A DNA stretch of 64,000 nt, from positions 96,001 through 160,000 of the forward strand of contig CAXXWS020000003.1 of assembly GCA_963665325.3 (NCBI GenBank). Direction: 5' to 3'. The notes under the pieces were generated by a model, which saw only the letters and a list, made by a program, of their open reading frames with translations, did not search any database and was not told where the DNA came from. This document shows positions 43,786 to 55,415 of this stretch, piece by piece (within the stretch, counting starts at the first letter, position 1; the number at the start of each line of letters is the position of its first letter). The position numbers were made by a program, and so were the translations under genes. The DNA comes from Alphaproteobacteria bacterium (GTDB taxonomy: Bacteria; Pseudomonadota; Alphaproteobacteria; Bin95).

Positions 43786-45042
43786 ATGCAGCGCTATTCG
43801 ATCTTTTCGCTCCTCCGGGGCGCGCTGTCGGGACACCGCGACTGGCAGCCGGCCTGGCGCGCACCGGAACCGAAACCCTCCTACGATGTCGTCATTGTCG
43901 GCGGCGGCGGCCATGGCCTCGCCACGGCCTATTATCTCGCCCGCAACCACGGCATTACGAATGTCGCCGTGCTGGAGCGCGGCTGGATCGGCGGCGGCAA
44001 TACCGGGCGCAACACCACCATCGTGCGCTCGAACTACCTGCTGCCGGAGAACCAGCGCTTCTACGAGCACTCGCTCAAGCTCTGGGAGGGGCTCAGCCGG
44101 GACCTCAACTACAATGTGATGTTCTCGCCGCGCGGCGTCATCAATGTCTTCCACACCGACGCCCAGCGCGACTACTGGATCCGGCGGCATAACGGCATGC
44201 GCTATGCCGGCATCGACGCGGAATTGCTGACCCGGGCCGATCTTGCGCGCCTCGTCCCGGCGCTCGACCTCTCGCCCGGAATCCGCCACCCCATCACCGG
44301 CGGCGTCATCCAGCCGCGCGGCGGCGTCGCGCGGCACGATGCCGTCGCCTGGGGCTATGCGCGCGCCGCCGATGCGCTCGGCGTCGATATCATCCAGGAC
44401 TGTGAGGTGACCGGCATCGACGTCCAGGCCGGCAGGGTCACGGGGCTGCAGACGAGCCGGGGGCCCATCGGCGCCGGGCGCATCGGCCTCGCCGTCGCCG
44501 GGCATTCCTCCAGGCTGGCGGAAATGGCGGGCGTTCGCCTTCCCATCGAGACGCACCTGCTCACGGCGACGGTTTCCGAGCCGGTCAAACCCTTCATGGA
44601 CAAGGTCGTCTCAGTGGCGGCGGCGCATGTCTATGTCAGCCAGACCGACAAGGGCGAAGTGCTGATCGGCGGCACTCTCGACGGCTACAATTCCTGGTCG
44701 CAGCGCGGCAGTCCCGCGCGGCTGGAAGACATATTGTCGGCGGCCTGCGAGTATTTCCCGCGCGTCTCGCGCCTGCGCCAGCTCCGGCACTGGGCGGGCG
44801 TCGTGGACATGAGCATGGACGGCAGCCCGATCGTCGCCAAGCTGCCGGTCGAGGGCCTCGCCATGACCGGCGGCTGGTGCTATGGCGGCTTCAAGGCGAC
44901 GCCCGCCTCGGGCTGGTGCCTCGCCTGGACGCTCGCCAACGATGCGCCGCACGCGCTGAACGCACCCTTCTCGCTCGAACGCTTCCGCACCGGAGCCGTG
45001 CTGGACGAGAACGGCGCCGGGCCGGTGGCGTGGGGCCATTGA
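43786..45042 (+). CDS. soxB: Sarcosine oxidase beta subunit
   Basis: YDVVIVGGGGHGLATAYYLA, GGNTGRNTTIVRSNY, ARHDAVAWGYAR, GGFKATP; alternative start at 43777. Confidence 0.94.
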   Translation: MQRYSIFSLLRGALSGHRDWQPAWRAPEPKPSYDVVIVGGGGHGLATAYYLARNHGITNVAVLERGWIGGGNTGRNTTIVRSNYLLPENQRFYEHSLKLWEGLSRDLNYNVMFSPRGVINVFHTDAQRDYWIRRHNGMRYAGIDAELLTRADLARLVPALDLSPGIRHPITGGVIQPRGGVARHDAVAWGYARAADALGVDIIQDCEVTGIDVQAGRVTGLQTSRGPIGAGRIGLAVAGHSSRLAEMAGVRLPIETHLLTATVSEPVKPFMDKVVSVAAAHVYVSQTDKGEVLIGGTLDGYNSWSQRGSPARLEDILSAACEYFPRVSRLRQLRHWAGVVDMSMDGSPIVAKLPVEGLAMTGGWCYGGFKATPASGWCLAWTLANDAPHALNAPFSLERFRTGAVLDENGAGPVAWGH

Positions 45043-45055
45043 GGGGGCTGGACGC

Positions 45056-45316
45056 ATGCTTCTGATTCCCTGCCCGTTCTGCGGCGACCGCGACGAAACT
45101 GAGTTCGCCTATGGCGGCGAAGCCGGAAACGAACGTCCGGCAGACCCCGGGGCCGCGACCGATGAAGCCTGGACCGACTATCTCTGCTTCCACGACAACC
45201 CGAAGGGCCCGCACCGCGAACTCTGGTTCCATCGCGACGGCTGCAGGCGCTGGCTGACGGTCGAGCGAGATACCTACACCCACGAACTCCGCACGGCGCG
45301 GTTGAGCCGGCCATGA
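45056..45316 (+). CDS. soxD: Sarcosine oxidase delta subunit
   Basis: IPCPFCG.RDETEF.YGG...H..GCRRW. Confidence 0.94.
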   Translation: MLLIPCPFCGDRDETEFAYGGEAGNERPADPGAATDEAWTDYLCFHDNPKGPHRELWFHRDGCRRWLTVERDTYTHELRTARLSRP

Positions 45317-48261
45317 GGCGCCAGCCCTTCCGCACGGTCGAGGGCGGCCACCTGATCGACCGCTCGCAGCCGCTGCGCTTCGATTTCGACGGTCACCGCC
45401 ATGAAGGCTACCGGGGCGACAGCCTGGCCTCCGGGCTGCTGGCGGCCGGCGTGCGCATCGCGGCGCGGAGCTTCAAGTACCACCGCCCGCGCAGCATCTG
45501 GGGCTTCGGCTCGGAAGAGCCCAACGCCATGGTCACGACCGGCGTTCGGGAGGAAGCCCGGCCTAACCTGAAGGCGACGGAGATTCCGCTCTCGGACGGC
45601 CTCAAGGCCTTCGGGCAGAACGCCTGGCCCTCGGTCCAGTGGGACATCGGCGGCGCGCTCGGGCTTGCCGGCGACATCCTGCCGGCGGGCTTCTACTACA
45701 AGACCTTCATGTGGCCGACGCGCTGGTGGCACGGCCTGTACGAACCGCTGCTGCGCCGCATGGCGGGCTTCGGGCCGGCGCCGGCGGCGCCCGACGACGC
45801 CTTCTACGCCAAGCGGCGCATCCATGCCGATGTGCTGGTGGCAGGCGGCGGGCCGGCGGGCGTGGCGGCGGCGCTTGCGGCGGCGCGCGCCGGGGCGCGG
45901 GTCGTGCTTGCCGACGAGAATGTCCGTTTCGGCGGCGACCTGTTGCGCACGCCGGGGGAGATCGGGGAGGGCGACGGACTCGCCTGGATCGACACTGCGG
46001 TCGGCGAGCTGGAGTCGATGAGCAATGTCCGCCTGCTGCCGCGCGCCACCGTGACCGGCTATTACGACCACAACCTGCTTCTGGTCGCGGAACGGGCCGG
46101 CGAGGAGGCGCCGCCCGGCACGCCGCAGACACGCCTCTGGTTCGTGCGGGCGCGGGACGTCGTGATCGCTGCCGGCGCGCATGAGCGGCCGCTGCTCTTC
46201 GCCGGAAACGACCGGCCGGGCGTCATGTCGGCATCCGCGGCAGGCGGCTATGCCCATGCATACGGTGTGCTGGCTGGGCGGCGCGCCGTGGTCGCGGGCA
46301 ACAATGACAGCATCTACCCGGTGGCCCGGCTGCTGCAGAGTGCGGGCGTCTCGATCGCCGCCGTCGCCGATACCCGGCCCGACGGCGAAGCGCCGGACCT
46401 GCCCTGCCGCGCGGGTCAGGCCGTCGAGCGGGCACTCGGGAGCCGCCGGGTGCGCGGCGCGCTGCTTCGCCGGACGGACGGCCGGGCAGGCGGCCGGAGC
46501 CAGCGGATCGCCTGCGATCTGGTCGCCGTTGCCGGCGGCTGGAGCCCGGCCGTGCATCTTCACGCCCAGTCGCGCGGCAGCCTGCGCTACGACGAGGAAC
46601 GGGGATTGATCCTGCCCGACCGGCCGGGCGGCGCGAACCGGAGCGCCGGCGCGGCCGCCGGGCGCTTCGACCTCGACGGCTGTCTCGCGGAAGGCTGGGC
46701 CGCCGGGACCGCCGCGGCTGCATCCTCGGGCCACGAGCGCGCCGCCGGCGACCCGCCGCGTTCGCCCGACCGCAACGCCGGGGACGCGCCCGTCTTCTGG
46801 CAGATGGGCGCCGGCAAGCGCTTCGTCGATCTGCAATACGACGTGACCGCGGCGGATGTGGAGCTTTCCGCCCGCGAGGGCTACCGCTCGGTCGAGCATG
46901 TGAAACGCTATACCGCGCTCGGCATGGGCACGGACCAGGGCAAGACTTCCAGCATGGCGGGCCTCGTACTGCTGTCCGAGGCGCTCGGGCGGCCCGTCGC
47001 CCGGACCGGCACGACGACCTTCCGCCCGCCCTACACGCCGGTGCCGATGGCGGCCATGGCCGCCGGCCTCATCGGCGAGGGCCATGACGCGCTGCGCCGC
47101 ACGGCGGTCGACGACTGGCACGAAGCCCGGGGTGCCGTCTTCACCGCCGCCGGCCACTGGCGCCGGCCCAGCTACTATCCGCGCGAAGGCATGAACGAGG
47201 ACGAAGCCATCGAGGCGGAGGTGCGCGAGACCCGCGCCGGGGTCGGCATCGTGGATGTCGGCACGCTCGGCAAGGTCGATGTCCAGGGACCGGATGCGGC
47301 GGCCTTTCTCGACCTCGTCTACGCGAACCGGATTTCGAGCCTCAGGACCGGGCGCGGACGTTACGGGCTGATGCTGCGCGAGGACGGACGCGTGTTCGAC
47401 GACGGTGTCGTCATGCGCCTCGGCGAAAACCATTTCTACCTGACGACCACGACCGCGCAGCACCACGCCGTGGTGCAGCATATGGAATTCCTGCTCCAGA
47501 CCGTCTGGCCGGAGCTGGAGGTCCATGCGACCGATGTATCGGAGCACTGGTTCACCGCCGCGCTTGCCGGTCCCGGCTCGCGGTTGCTGCTGGGCGATGT
47601 CGCGCCCGAACTCGACGTGTCGGACGAAGCTTTCCCGATGATGGCGGTGCACGCGGCCACGGTCGCCGACCTGCCGGCCCTCGTCTTCCGAATGAGCTAT
47701 TCCGGCGAGCTCTCCTACGAGATCGCCGTGCCCGCCGACTACGGGCTGGCGCTCTGGACGCGGCTGCTGACGGCAGGCCGCGAGCACGGGCTCACGCCTT
47801 ACGGCCTCGAGGCCATGGGCGTCATGCGCATAGAGAAGGGGCATGTGACCCATGCCGAGGCGGACGGCCGCACGACCCCGGACGATCTGGGGCTCGGGCG
47901 CATGGTCAGGGCGGATGCGCGCAGCATCGGCGTGCGCTCGCTGGAACTGCCGGCGCTCCGCCGGAAGGGCCGCCAGCAGCTTGTCGGCCTCTCCGTCATC
48001 GACCCCGAAACCCGTATCCCGCCGGGCTGCCAGGTGGCGGAAAGCGACGACCTGCAACCCGCCCCGCCGCTCGGCCATGTCACTGCCTTCTGCTACAGCC
48101 CGACGCTCGGCCGCTCGCTCGCGCTCGCGCTGATCGAGAACGGGCGGGCCCGGACCGGCCAGACGGTCCATGTCACCTCGCCGGTCATCGGCTTTTCCAC
48201 CGCGGCGGAGGTCGTGTCGCCGGTGTTCTACGACCCGGAAGGGAAACGCCTCCATGTTTGA
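45313..48261 (+). CDS. soxA: Sarcosine oxidase alpha subunit
   Basis: [36 protein letters not shown], GcvT-like C-terminal half. Confidence 0.95.
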   Translation: MRRQPFRTVEGGHLIDRSQPLRFDFDGHRHEGYRGDSLASGLLAAGVRIAARSFKYHRPRSIWGFGSEEPNAMVTTGVREEARPNLKATEIPLSDGLKAFGQNAWPSVQWDIGGALGLAGDILPAGFYYKTFMWPTRWWHGLYEPLLRRMAGFGPAPAAPDDAFYAKRRIHADVLVAGGGPAGVAAALAAARAGARVVLADENVRFGGDLLRTPGEIGEGDGLAWIDTAVGELESMSNVRLLPRATVTGYYDHNLLLVAERAGEEAPPGTPQTRLWFVRARDVVIAAGAHERPLLFAGNDRPGVMSASAAGGYAHAYGVLAGRRAVVAGNNDSIYPVARLLQSAGVSIAAVADTRPDGEAPDLPCRAGQAVERALGSRRVRGALLRRTDGRAGGRSQRIACDLVAVAGGWSPAVHLHAQSRGSLRYDEERGLILPDRPGGANRSAGAAAGRFDLDGCLAEGWAAGTAAAASSGHERAAGDPPRSPDRNAGDAPVFWQMGAGKRFVDLQYDVTAADVELSAREGYRSVEHVKRYTALGMGTDQGKTSSMAGLVLLSEALGRPVARTGTTTFRPPYTPVPMAAMAAGLIGEGHDALRRTAVDDWHEARGAVFTAAGHWRRPSYYPREGMNEDEAIEAEVRETRAGVGIVDVGTLGKVDVQGPDAAAFLDLVYANRISSLRTGRGRYGLMLREDGRVFDDGVVMRLGENHFYLTTTTAQHHAVVQHMEFLLQTVWPELEVHATDVSEHWFTAALAGPGSRLLLGDVAPELDVSDEAFPMMAVHAATVADLPALVFRMSYSGELSYEIAVPADYGLALWTRLLTAGREHGLTPYGLEAMGVMRIEKGHVTHAEADGRTTPDDLGLGRMVRADARSIGVRSLELPALRRKGRQQLVGLSVIDPETRIPPGCQVAESDDLQPAPPLGHVTAFCYSPTLGRSLALALIENGRARTGQTVHVTSPVIGFSTAAEVVSPVFYDPEGKRLHV

Positions 48262-48859
48262 CGATTCCGCCGAGGCGCGGCGGAGCCCCCTTGCCGGGCT
48301 CGACCTCGGCTCGCGCGCCGGCGGGGCGGGCGGCGTCCTGCTCGGCGAGGGGCAGGCGCGGGAGAGCTTCGTGCTGCGCGGCCCCCCCGACGACGAGGCC
48401 TTTGCGCGCGCCGTCGAGGCGGCGCTCGGCGCAGACCCGCCACGGGGGCCGGGCGAGGGCCGGGAGTGCGGAGAGGATACGCTGCTCATCCACCTCGGCC
48501 CCGACGAATGGCGCCTCGTCGCGCCGCTTTCCGACGACGGCCGGCTCGCCGCCCGCCTTGCCTCCGAACTCGTCGGCGGGCGAGGCGCACTCGTCAATGT
48601 CTCCTCCGCCGCGACCGTCATTACCGTTGCGGGCGAGCACGCGGCGGACCTGCTGGCCACCGGCACCGGCATCGATCTCGACCCGGTGGCCTTTCCGCCG
48701 GGCCGCGCGGTGCGAACCCGCATCGGCAATGCCCAGGCGCTCATCCACCGAAGAGCCGAGGACGCCTTCGAACTCCATGTTCCCCGCAGCTATGCCCGTT
48801 CCTTCTGGGAATGGCTGGAAGAGCGCGGCCGCGAGTTCCACGCCGCCGTCGCGCTCTGA
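48254..48859 (+). CDS. soxG: Sarcosine oxidase gamma subunit
   Basis: LGPDEW, IDLDP..F, PRSYA...W; position after soxA. Confidence 0.88.
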   Translation: MFDDSAEARRSPLAGLDLGSRAGGAGGVLLGEGQARESFVLRGPPDDEAFARAVEAALGADPPRGPGEGRECGEDTLLIHLGPDEWRLVAPLSDDGRLAARLASELVGGRGALVNVSSAATVITVAGEHAADLLATGTGIDLDPVAFPPGRAVRTRIGNAQALIHRRAEDAFELHVPRSYARSFWEWLEERGREFHAAVAL

Positions 48860-48881
48860 GGCAGGGACAGCGGAAAGCCTC

Positions 48882-49412
48882 ATGGCGGAGACAATCCTCC
48901 CGGTCGAGCCGCTGACCCGCGCCGCCTTCGCACCGTTTGGCGATGCGATCGAGGCGGCCGGGGCCGAGCACTTCGAGATCAACAACGGCTCGACGACCCG
49001 CTTCCACGACCTCGCCCGCGTCGATGTGGAGGCGGAGGACGGGCATGTGCTCGTCAACATCTTCCGCGCCCGACCGCTGCCCATGCCGCTCACCGTCGCG
49101 ATGATGGAGAAGCACCCGCTCGGCTCGCAGGCCTTCGTCCCGCTTGAGGCTGCGCCCTTCCTGGTCGTCGTCGCGCCGCCCGGAGAGGCCGTTGCGCCGC
49201 AGGACTTGCGCGCCTTCCTCGCCGTGGCCGGCCAGGGCGTCAACTACGCCCGCGGCGTCTGGCACCATCCCGTCATCGCGCTGGACCGCGAGACCGATTT
49301 CCTGGTCATCGACCGAGGCGGCCCCGGCGACAATCTCGCCGAGTTCTTCTTCGACGAGAGCGAGCAACGTATCGTCGAGGTCAGTCGATCGGCAGAGGCT
49401 TCATCTCCCTGA
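48882..49412 (+). CDS. allA: Ureidoglycolate lyase
   Basis: [45 protein letters not shown]. Confidence 0.92.
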   Translation: MAETILPVEPLTRAAFAPFGDAIEAAGAEHFEINNGSTTRFHDLARVDVEAEDGHVLVNIFRARPLPMPLTVAMMEKHPLGSQAFVPLEAAPFLVVVAPPGEAVAPQDLRAFLAVAGQGVNYARGVWHHPVIALDRETDFLVIDRGGPGDNLAEFFFDESEQRIVEVSRSAEASSP

Positions 49413-51198
49413 TCGCCTCCAGAAACACCTGCCCGTAGCGCTGCAGCTTTGTGGCGCCGACGCCGGGGACTTCGGCCATCTTCTCCAAGGTGGTCGGGCG
49501 ACGGTCCAGCATGTCGTGGAGCACGCTGTCATGGAACACCATGAAGGGCGCCACGCCCTGCTCCGAAGCCAGCCTGCGCCGCAGCGCGCGGAGCGCCTCG
49601 AAGCCTTCCCTGTCCGCTGCCGTCCCCGCCGTTCCCCGTTCCCGGCGCGCTTGCCGCTGCCGGGCCGGGCCGGGCTCCCGCTTTTCGCGCCGGAACTGCA
49701 CCGTCCGCTCGCCCCGCAGCACGGCGCGCGCCTCCGGCCCGAGGCGGAGCACGTTGAAGCTGTCCAGGCGCTCGACGACCACAAGCTCCGCAACTGTCAA
49801 CTGGCGCAGGATCGAGCGCCACTCGCTCACACTCCGCTCCTTGCCGACGCCGTAGGTGGGCAGCCGGTCGTGGCCGAGGCGCAGGACGCGTTCGGTTTCC
49901 CGCGCGCGCAGCACGTCGATAATGTGCCCGCTCCCGAAGCGCTGGCCCGTGCGGTAGATCGCGGAGAGCGCCATCTGCGCCGCTTCCGCGCCGTCGAACA
50001 TCTCGGGCGGATCGAGGCAGATATCGCAATTGCCGCAGGGCTCGCAGTCGTCGCCGAAATAGCCCAGCAGGATCCGCCGCCGGCAGGTCGCTGCCTCGGC
50101 ATAGCCCAGGAGCGCCTCCAGCTTGGCCCGCTCGATGCGCTTCTGCTCCTCCGGGGCCTCCGAGACCTCGATGAAGCGCCCCAGCTGCGCCGCGTCGCCG
50201 GGGCCGTAGAGCATCCAGGCCTCCGCCGGCAGGCCGTCGCGCCCGGCCCGGCCGGTCTCCTGATAGTAGGCTTCGGGGCTCTTCGGCAGGTCGAGATGGG
50301 CAACGAAGCGCACATCCGGCTTGTCGATGCCCATGCCGAAGGCGACCGTCGCCACCATCACCGCATCGTCCGAGGCGACGAAGCGGGCCTGCCGCTCCGT
50401 GCGCTCGCCCGCCTCCAGCCCCGCATGGTAGGCGAGCGCCGGGACGCCGGCCCGGTTCAGCTCCGCCGCGACCTCTTCGACGCGCTTGCGCGTCATGCAA
50501 TAGACGATGCCGGCGTCGCCCGGCCGTCCGGCCAGGAAGCCCAGCAACTGCTGCACACGCTGCCGGCGCGGCTTCACCGTGTAACGGATATTGGGCCGGT
50601 CGAAACCGGACACGAACCGCTGCGCCCCTTCCAGCCGGAGCTCGCGGGCGATGTCGGCGCGGGTCTCGGCATCGGCCGTGGCGGTGAGCGCAATGCGGGG
50701 CACACCCGGAAAGCGCTCCGCCAGCACAGCGAGCCGCCGGTAGTCCGGGCGGAAGTCGTGGCCCCACTGGCTGACGCAATGCGCCTCGTCGATGGCGAAC
50801 AGCGCAATCGGCGCCCCATCCAGCATGTCGAGGAAGCCCGGCGCGGCGAACCGCTCCGGCGAGACATAGACGAGATCGAGCCGTCCCTCGCGCATCGCCC
50901 GCTCGACGCCCGCCCGCTCGCGCCCGTCGAGGGTCGAGTTGAAGGCCGCCGCGCGCACCCCGTTCTGGGCGAGCGCCGCCACCTGGTCCTGCATCAGCGC
51001 GATCAGCGGCGAGACGACGACCGCAACGCCCGGCCGGACCAGAGCCGGCACCTGGTAGCAGAGCGACTTGCCCGCGCCCGTCGGCATCAGCACCAGCGCA
51101 TCCTCGCCCGCGACCACCGCGTCGATTGCCGCGCGCTGGTGGCCGCGAAACGCCTCGAAGCCGAAGACCCGCCGGAGGACCTCCAGCGGCTCCGGCAC
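49381..51198 (-). CDS. recQ: ATP-dependent DNA helicase RecQ
   Basis: [41 protein letters not shown], Zn cysteines, RQC and HRDC domains. Confidence 0.96.
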   Translation of the reverse strand: MPEPLEVLRRVFGFEAFRGHQRAAIDAVVAGEDALVLMPTGAGKSLCYQVPALVRPGVAVVVSPLIALMQDQVAALAQNGVRAAAFNSTLDGRERAGVERAMREGRLDLVYVSPERFAAPGFLDMLDGAPIALFAIDEAHCVSQWGHDFRPDYRRLAVLAERFPGVPRIALTATADAETRADIARELRLEGAQRFVSGFDRPNIRYTVKPRRQRVQQLLGFLAGRPGDAGIVYCMTRKRVEEVAAELNRAGVPALAYHAGLEAGERTERQARFVASDDAVMVATVAFGMGIDKPDVRFVAHLDLPKSPEAYYQETGRAGRDGLPAEAWMLYGPGDAAQLGRFIEVSEAPEEQKRIERAKLEALLGYAEAATCRRRILLGYFGDDCEPCGNCDICLDPPEMFDGAEAAQMALSAIYRTGQRFGSGHIIDVLRARETERVLRLGHDRLPTYGVGKERSVSEWRSILRQLTVAELVVVERLDSFNVLRLGPEARAVLRGERTVQFRREKREPGPARQRQARRERGTAGTAADREGFEALRALRRRLASEQGVAPFMVFHDSVLHDMLDRRPTTLEKMAEVPGVGATKLQRYGQVFLEAIREMKPLPID

Positions 51199-51221
51199 CT
51201 GCAGTCCGTCTTTGGAGGGCG

Positions 51222-51926
51222 TCAGCCCTGCAGCGCCTTTTCGAACAGCGCGGTCGTGCGCCCGTTGGCGAGCGCGGCGTTCTCCTCGTCATAGGGCTGG
51301 CCGCCGATGCGCGCGAAGGCGTGGTCCATGCCCGGATAGGAGTGGACCTCCGCATGGGCGTTGCCGGCGAGCCCGTCCCTGACCGCCGCTTGCGCTTCCT
51401 TCGGCACGAAGCCGTCTTCCTCCGCGATATGCAGCATGAGCGGGGCGGAGATGTTCGCCGCCTCGTCCAGCATCTCCTCGATGCCGACGCCGTAATAGCC
51501 GACATTGGCGTCGAGGTCGGCCCGGCAGGCCAGCATGTAGGCGAGCTTGCCGCCGAGGCAGAAGCCGACCGTGCCGATCTTGCCGTTGCAGCCCGCCATG
51601 GCGCGCATATGCGCGGCGGTGGCCTTCAGGTCGTCGATGCCCTTGTCCACGTCGAAGCCCTGGTAGAGCTCGAAGGCCTTTTTCCACTCCTCTTCCGTTT
51701 GGTCCGTGATGTCCACGCCCGGCTCCTGGCGCCAGAAGAGGTCCGGCGCCACGGCGACATAGCCTTGGCTCGCCCAGTATTCGGCGATGTCGCGCATGGC
51801 GTGGTTGACGCCGAAGATCTCCTGGATGCAGAGCACGCCCGGCCCGGAGCCCGAGGCCGGCATGGCGCAATAGGCGGTGAACTCTCCCGAGCCGTCATTC
51901 GCCCGGATGGTGATGGTCTCGGCCAT
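51222..51926 (-). CDS. Dienelactone hydrolase family protein
   Basis: QEIFGVN, APDLFWR, GFCLGG nucleophile elbow, HAF. Confidence 0.93.
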   Translation of the reverse strand: MAETITIRANDGSGEFTAYCAMPASGSGPGVLCIQEIFGVNHAMRDIAEYWASQGYVAVAPDLFWRQEPGVDITDQTEEEWKKAFELYQGFDVDKGIDDLKATAAHMRAMAGCNGKIGTVGFCLGGKLAYMLACRADLDANVGYYGVGIEEMLDEAANISAPLMLHIAEEDGFVPKEAQAAVRDGLAGNAHAEVHSYPGMDHAFARIGGQPYDEENAALANGRTTALFEKALQG

Positions 51927-52259
51927 GTGGCCCTCCCTCTCGAACTGCGGGGCCCGTCCAACGGGCCCATGAAACGATGCCGGCGCCGACTCCCTCCCGA
52001 CAGGAATGCCGGTCCGCATACTCCCGGCCACCATAGCCACGCGCTGCGCCGCCGCACAAGCCGGCCGGCGGAAAGGTTGGTGTCCTAACACCGCAATAGC
52101 AACAAATGACGCAAACAATACAACCGGCGCCCAGCATGACGGTCGGCAACCGGGTCGCTCAAGCTGCCGCAACGGGCAGCGACGCGCCCCGGCTGACGAG
52201 CTGACGCCATCCATGCCATTCTCGCGTCCAGGCAAACGACCTGCGAAGACGGAGGTTCG

Positions 52260-52973
52260 ATGGCGGCGATTGCGGTTACGGGAGCCAATCGGGGGATCGG
52301 GGCTGGCATTGCGGCGGCGCTGGCGGAGCGGGGCTTTGCGGTGGCCTGCCTCACGCGCTCAGGCCGCGGGCCCGAAGGGCTGGATCTGCCGGCCTGGCCG
52401 GTAGATGTGACCGACACGGCCGGCCTCGCCCGCGCGCTCGACGCGGCGGCCAAGGAGCTGGGCGGGCTGGAGGGGCTGGTCAACAATGCCGGCGTCCATT
52501 TGCAGGGGCCGAGCGCGGACTTCCCGGTCGAGGACTTCGCCCGCACCATGGCGGTCAACACCACCGCCGTCTTCGCCGCAGCCCAGGCAGCCTATCCGCA
52601 TCTCAAGGCCAATGGCGGCGGCATCGTCGTCAATCTCGGCTCCTACTGGGAGCGGCTCGGCGTGCGCGCCAACACCGCCTACTGCGCCTCCAAGGCGGCC
52701 GTCTCCGGCCTGACCCGCTGCCTCGCGGTGGAGTGGGCGCGGGACAATATTTCCGTCTATACCGTCGCGCCCGGCTATGTGGAGACGGACATGAATGCCG
52801 AAATCCTCGCCAGTCCCCGGTTTCGCAACTGGCTGGAGCGGCGCATCCCGGTCGGTCGGCCCGGAAGCGTGGACGAAGTGGCGCGCTTCGTGGCACTGCT
52901 GTTCGCCGAGAAAATCCACTACCTCACCGGCGAGACCATCGTGATGGACGGGGCCCAGAGCATAAACCAATGA
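52260..52973 (+). CDS. SDR oxidoreductase
   Basis: TGANRGIG, LVNNAG, YCASK. Confidence 0.9.
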   Translation: MAAIAVTGANRGIGAGIAAALAERGFAVACLTRSGRGPEGLDLPAWPVDVTDTAGLARALDAAAKELGGLEGLVNNAGVHLQGPSADFPVEDFARTMAVNTTAVFAAAQAAYPHLKANGGGIVVNLGSYWERLGVRANTAYCASKAAVSGLTRCLAVEWARDNISVYTVAPGYVETDMNAEILASPRFRNWLERRIPVGRPGSVDEVARFVALLFAEKIHYLTGETIVMDGAQSINQ

Positions 52974-54142
52974 CCGTGCTCGACCGTCTCGACGCCCGCC
53001 TCGAAGCCCTGCCGGAAGAGGAAGCGGCGGTGCTGGAAGCCGTGAAGCGCCTGGCCGAGCGCGTCGTGGCCCCTGCCGCCGCCGCCCTAGACGCGGAAAG
53101 CCGTTTCCCCTGGGACAATCTCGCCGCGATGCGGGAACTCGAACTCAACCGCATGTTCATTCCTGAAGCTTATGGCGGCGCCGGGCTCTCCTTCGCCTGC
53201 TACATCCGCGCGGCGCACGAGATGGCGCGGGCCTGCGCGTCGACCGGCATCGTCTGGTCCACCGTGTTCCACGCCATCAAGCCGGTCATCGACTTCGGCA
53301 GCGAGGAGCTGAAGCAGCGCGTGCTGCCGCGCATCGCGGATGGCGGCCTCGCCTCGCTCTGCATCACCGAGACCGATGCCGGCTCCGACGCCACCGGCAT
53401 GCGGACCCGCTTCCGGCCGGAGGGCGGCGATATCGTCATCGACGGCGCCAAGACCTTCATCACCAGCGGCGATGTGGCGGACGTCTACGTGCTGTTCGGC
53501 AAATGGACGGAGATCGAGGACGGCCGCGCGGCGATCACGGCGCTTGTCGTCGAGAAGGAGGCTCCCGGCATCGGCGTGCTGCGGCTGGAGGACAAGCTCG
53601 GCCTGCGCGCGAGTTCTACCGCCGCGCTTGCCTTCGAGGGCGTGCGGGTCCCGCGCGCGAACCTTATCCTCGGGCCGGGCGAGGGGCTGAAGGTGCTGTT
53701 CGGCGCGCTCAACAAGTCGCGGCCGTCGATTGCCGCCCATGCGCTCGGCATCGCGCGCGCCGCCTTCGACGATGCCGTGGCCTATATCGGTGCCCGGCGC
53801 CAGTCCGGTCGGCGCATAGCGGATTTCCAGGGCATCCAGTTCATGCTGGCCGACCTCGCTACCGAGCTCGCGCAGGCGGAACTCTGGCTAGGCTATGTCG
53901 CCGGGCTGGTGGATGAGGGCCTCGACGATATCGGCATCGAGGCCTCTATGGCCAAGCTCACCGCATCCGATCTCGCCATGAAGGCCGCCGATATGGGCGT
54001 GCAGTTGCATGGCGGTTACGGCTATATCAGGGACTATCGCGCGGAACGGCTGCTGCGCGATGCCAAGATCACCCAGATCTGGGAAGGGACCAACCAGGTC
54101 CACCGTCAACTTATTGGCCGCAGTTTCGCGAGGCGCCCATGA
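52970..54142 (+). CDS. Acyl-CoA dehydrogenase
   Basis: ITETDAGSDA, KLGLRAS, QLHGGYGY...RDAKITQIWEGTN. Confidence 0.93.
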   Translation: MTVLDRLDARLEALPEEEAAVLEAVKRLAERVVAPAAAALDAESRFPWDNLAAMRELELNRMFIPEAYGGAGLSFACYIRAAHEMARACASTGIVWSTVFHAIKPVIDFGSEELKQRVLPRIADGGLASLCITETDAGSDATGMRTRFRPEGGDIVIDGAKTFITSGDVADVYVLFGKWTEIEDGRAAITALVVEKEAPGIGVLRLEDKLGLRASSTAALAFEGVRVPRANLILGPGEGLKVLFGALNKSRPSIAAHALGIARAAFDDAVAYIGARRQSGRRIADFQGIQFMLADLATELAQAELWLGYVAGLVDEGLDDIGIEASMAKLTASDLAMKAADMGVQLHGGYGYIRDYRAERLLRDAKITQIWEGTNQVHRQLIGRSFARRP

Positions 54143-55407
54143 CCACTCCCCATCTCCTTTCCGGCCTCGACGCCGCCGCCGCCATCCGGGCGGGGGACCT
54201 GACTTCCGAGAGGCTGGTCGAGTCCTGCCTCGCGCATATCGAGGCTCGCGACGAGCAGGTCGGCGCGTGGATCCATCTCGACCCGGAAGCCGCGCTCGCG
54301 GAAGCACGGCAGCGCGACCGGGAGGAGCCCCGCTCGGCGCTCCACGGCGTGCCGGCAGGCATCAAGGACATCATCGACACGCATGACATGCCGACCGGCT
54401 ACGGCTCGCCGATCTACACGCCCGGCAACCGCCCGGCCTGGGACGCAGCGCCCGTGGCGCTCTTGCGCGAGGCGGGCATGGTGGTGCTCGGCAAGACCGT
54501 GACGACCGAGTTCGCCATGCGCCATCCGGGCAAGACCCGCAACCCCGCGAACCCGGAGCACACGCCCGGCGGCTCCTCGCAGGGCTCGGCCGCCGGGGTC
54601 GCCGACCACCAGGTACCGCTTGCCATCGGCACCCAGACCGCGGGCTCGGTCGTTCGCCCGGCCTCCTATTGCGGCGCGGTCGGCTTCAAGCCCACCTTCG
54701 GCACGGTGCCGCGTGCGGGCGTGAAACCGATTTCCGAGACGCTGGACACGGTGGGCTCCATGGCGCGCACGGCCGCCGACGCCGGCGCCTTCGTGCAGGC
54801 CATGGCCGGCATTCCCATCGAGCCTGTCGAGGCGCGGGAGGTTCGTTTCGCCGTCTGCCGGAGCCCGGCCTGGCATGCGGTCGAGCCGTCCTCCGCCGAG
54901 GCGATGGAGGTTGCGCGCGCGGCCGCCGGCGCCATACCCGGCGACCTGGAGCTGCCATCGCCCTGCGACGAGATACTGGCTGCCCACGATGTCATCATGC
55001 CCTATGAGGGCGCGCGCCTGCTCGCTTACGAATACCGCATGCGCCGGGAGGACATGAGCGAGGCCATCCGCCAGGTCGTGGAGACCGGGCTCGGCATCGA
55101 CCGCGACCGCTATCTCTGGGCGCTCGTCGTCCGCGAGGCGGCGCGTGCGGCTTTCGAGAGCGTCTTCGAGGACGTGGATGCGCTGATTACCCCTGCGGCT
55201 CCGGGCGAGGCGCCGGAAGGGCTCGGCTGGACCGGCTCGCCCGAATTCAACCGCATCTGGACGACGATGGGCGTGCCCTGCATCACCTTGCCCGGGTTTT
55301 CGCCTGGCAACGGGCTGCCGGTCGGAGTCCAGCTCGTCGGCCGAACGGGCGGCGATGCCGACCTGCTCGCCGCCGCCGCCTGGCTGCATCCGCGCCTCGC
55401 CGGGTGA
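54139..55407 (+). CDS. Amidase (amidase signature family)
   Basis: GIKD, GGSSQGSAA, GTQTAGSVVRPASYCG. Confidence 0.93.
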   Translation: MTTPHLLSGLDAAAAIRAGDLTSERLVESCLAHIEARDEQVGAWIHLDPEAALAEARQRDREEPRSALHGVPAGIKDIIDTHDMPTGYGSPIYTPGNRPAWDAAPVALLREAGMVVLGKTVTTEFAMRHPGKTRNPANPEHTPGGSSQGSAAGVADHQVPLAIGTQTAGSVVRPASYCGAVGFKPTFGTVPRAGVKPISETLDTVGSMARTAADAGAFVQAMAGIPIEPVEAREVRFAVCRSPAWHAVEPSSAEAMEVARAAAGAIPGDLELPSPCDEILAAHDVIMPYEGARLLAYEYRMRREDMSEAIRQVVETGLGIDRDRYLWALVVREAARAAFESVFEDVDALITPAAPGEAPEGLGWTGSPEFNRIWTTMGVPCITLPGFSPGNGLPVGVQLVGRTGGDADLLAAAAWLHPRLAG

Positions 55408-55415
55408 GGACGGCC

